Below are positions 34,416 to 34,416 of a stretch of DNA of 34,416 nt, piece by piece (within the stretch, counting starts at the first letter, position 1; every line of letters starts with the position of its first letter). The position numbers were made by a program, and so were the translations under genes. Source of the stretch: a virus (lineage: Duplodnaviria; Caudoviricetes). The notes under the pieces are model-generated. The model searched no databases. It had not been told where the DNA came from and saw only the letters and a list, made by a program, of their open reading frames with translations. Where the stretch lies: positions 1-34,416 of the IMG/VR virus record IMGVR_UViG_3300032227_000349. The stretch is one strand, 5' to 3'.

Positions 34416-34416
34416 A

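Noticed and set aside
1-34416. Prophage/lysogeny module, DGR, retron or phage RNA polymerase
   Set aside because: No integrase, reverse transcriptase, template/variable repeat pair or T7-type RNAP motifs seen in this window

Overview
Most of a tailed (podovirus-like) dsDNA phage genome, very likely infecting Actinomycetota of the freshwater actinophage type (WhiB, split primase, Cas4-like nuclease, CHAP lysin; host assignment is inference). Layout: (1) 1-15.7 kb, minus strand: terminase, portal, internal virion proteins including a 2134-aa protein with ADP-ribosyltransferase domains, a LysM protein, scaffold and major capsid (runs off the left edge). (2) 15.7-16.4 kb: non-coding divergent control region and possible terminus. 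(3) 16.4-21.9 kb, plus strand: early region of small genes. (4) 22.0-28.3 kb, minus strand: replication and sigma-factor module with no DNA polymerase. (5) 28.4-29.3 kb, plus strand: Zn-ribbon and HNH genes. (6) 29.3-34.4 kb, minus strand: tail and lysis genes. The strongest unexplained signals are regulatory: a 14-bp pseudo-palindrome (core GTCTTAAGAC) present in more than 30 copies and concentrated in the early and replication regions; six early promoters each preceded by a perfect CRP/GlxR box; and a predicted small RNA after whiB whose loop is complementary to the ACAGGAGA ribosome-binding site shared by early genes. The giant virion protein appears to carry an AT-rich R-S-E ART domain nested inside a split second ART-like fold. 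All calls are by eye from motifs; no database search was run.
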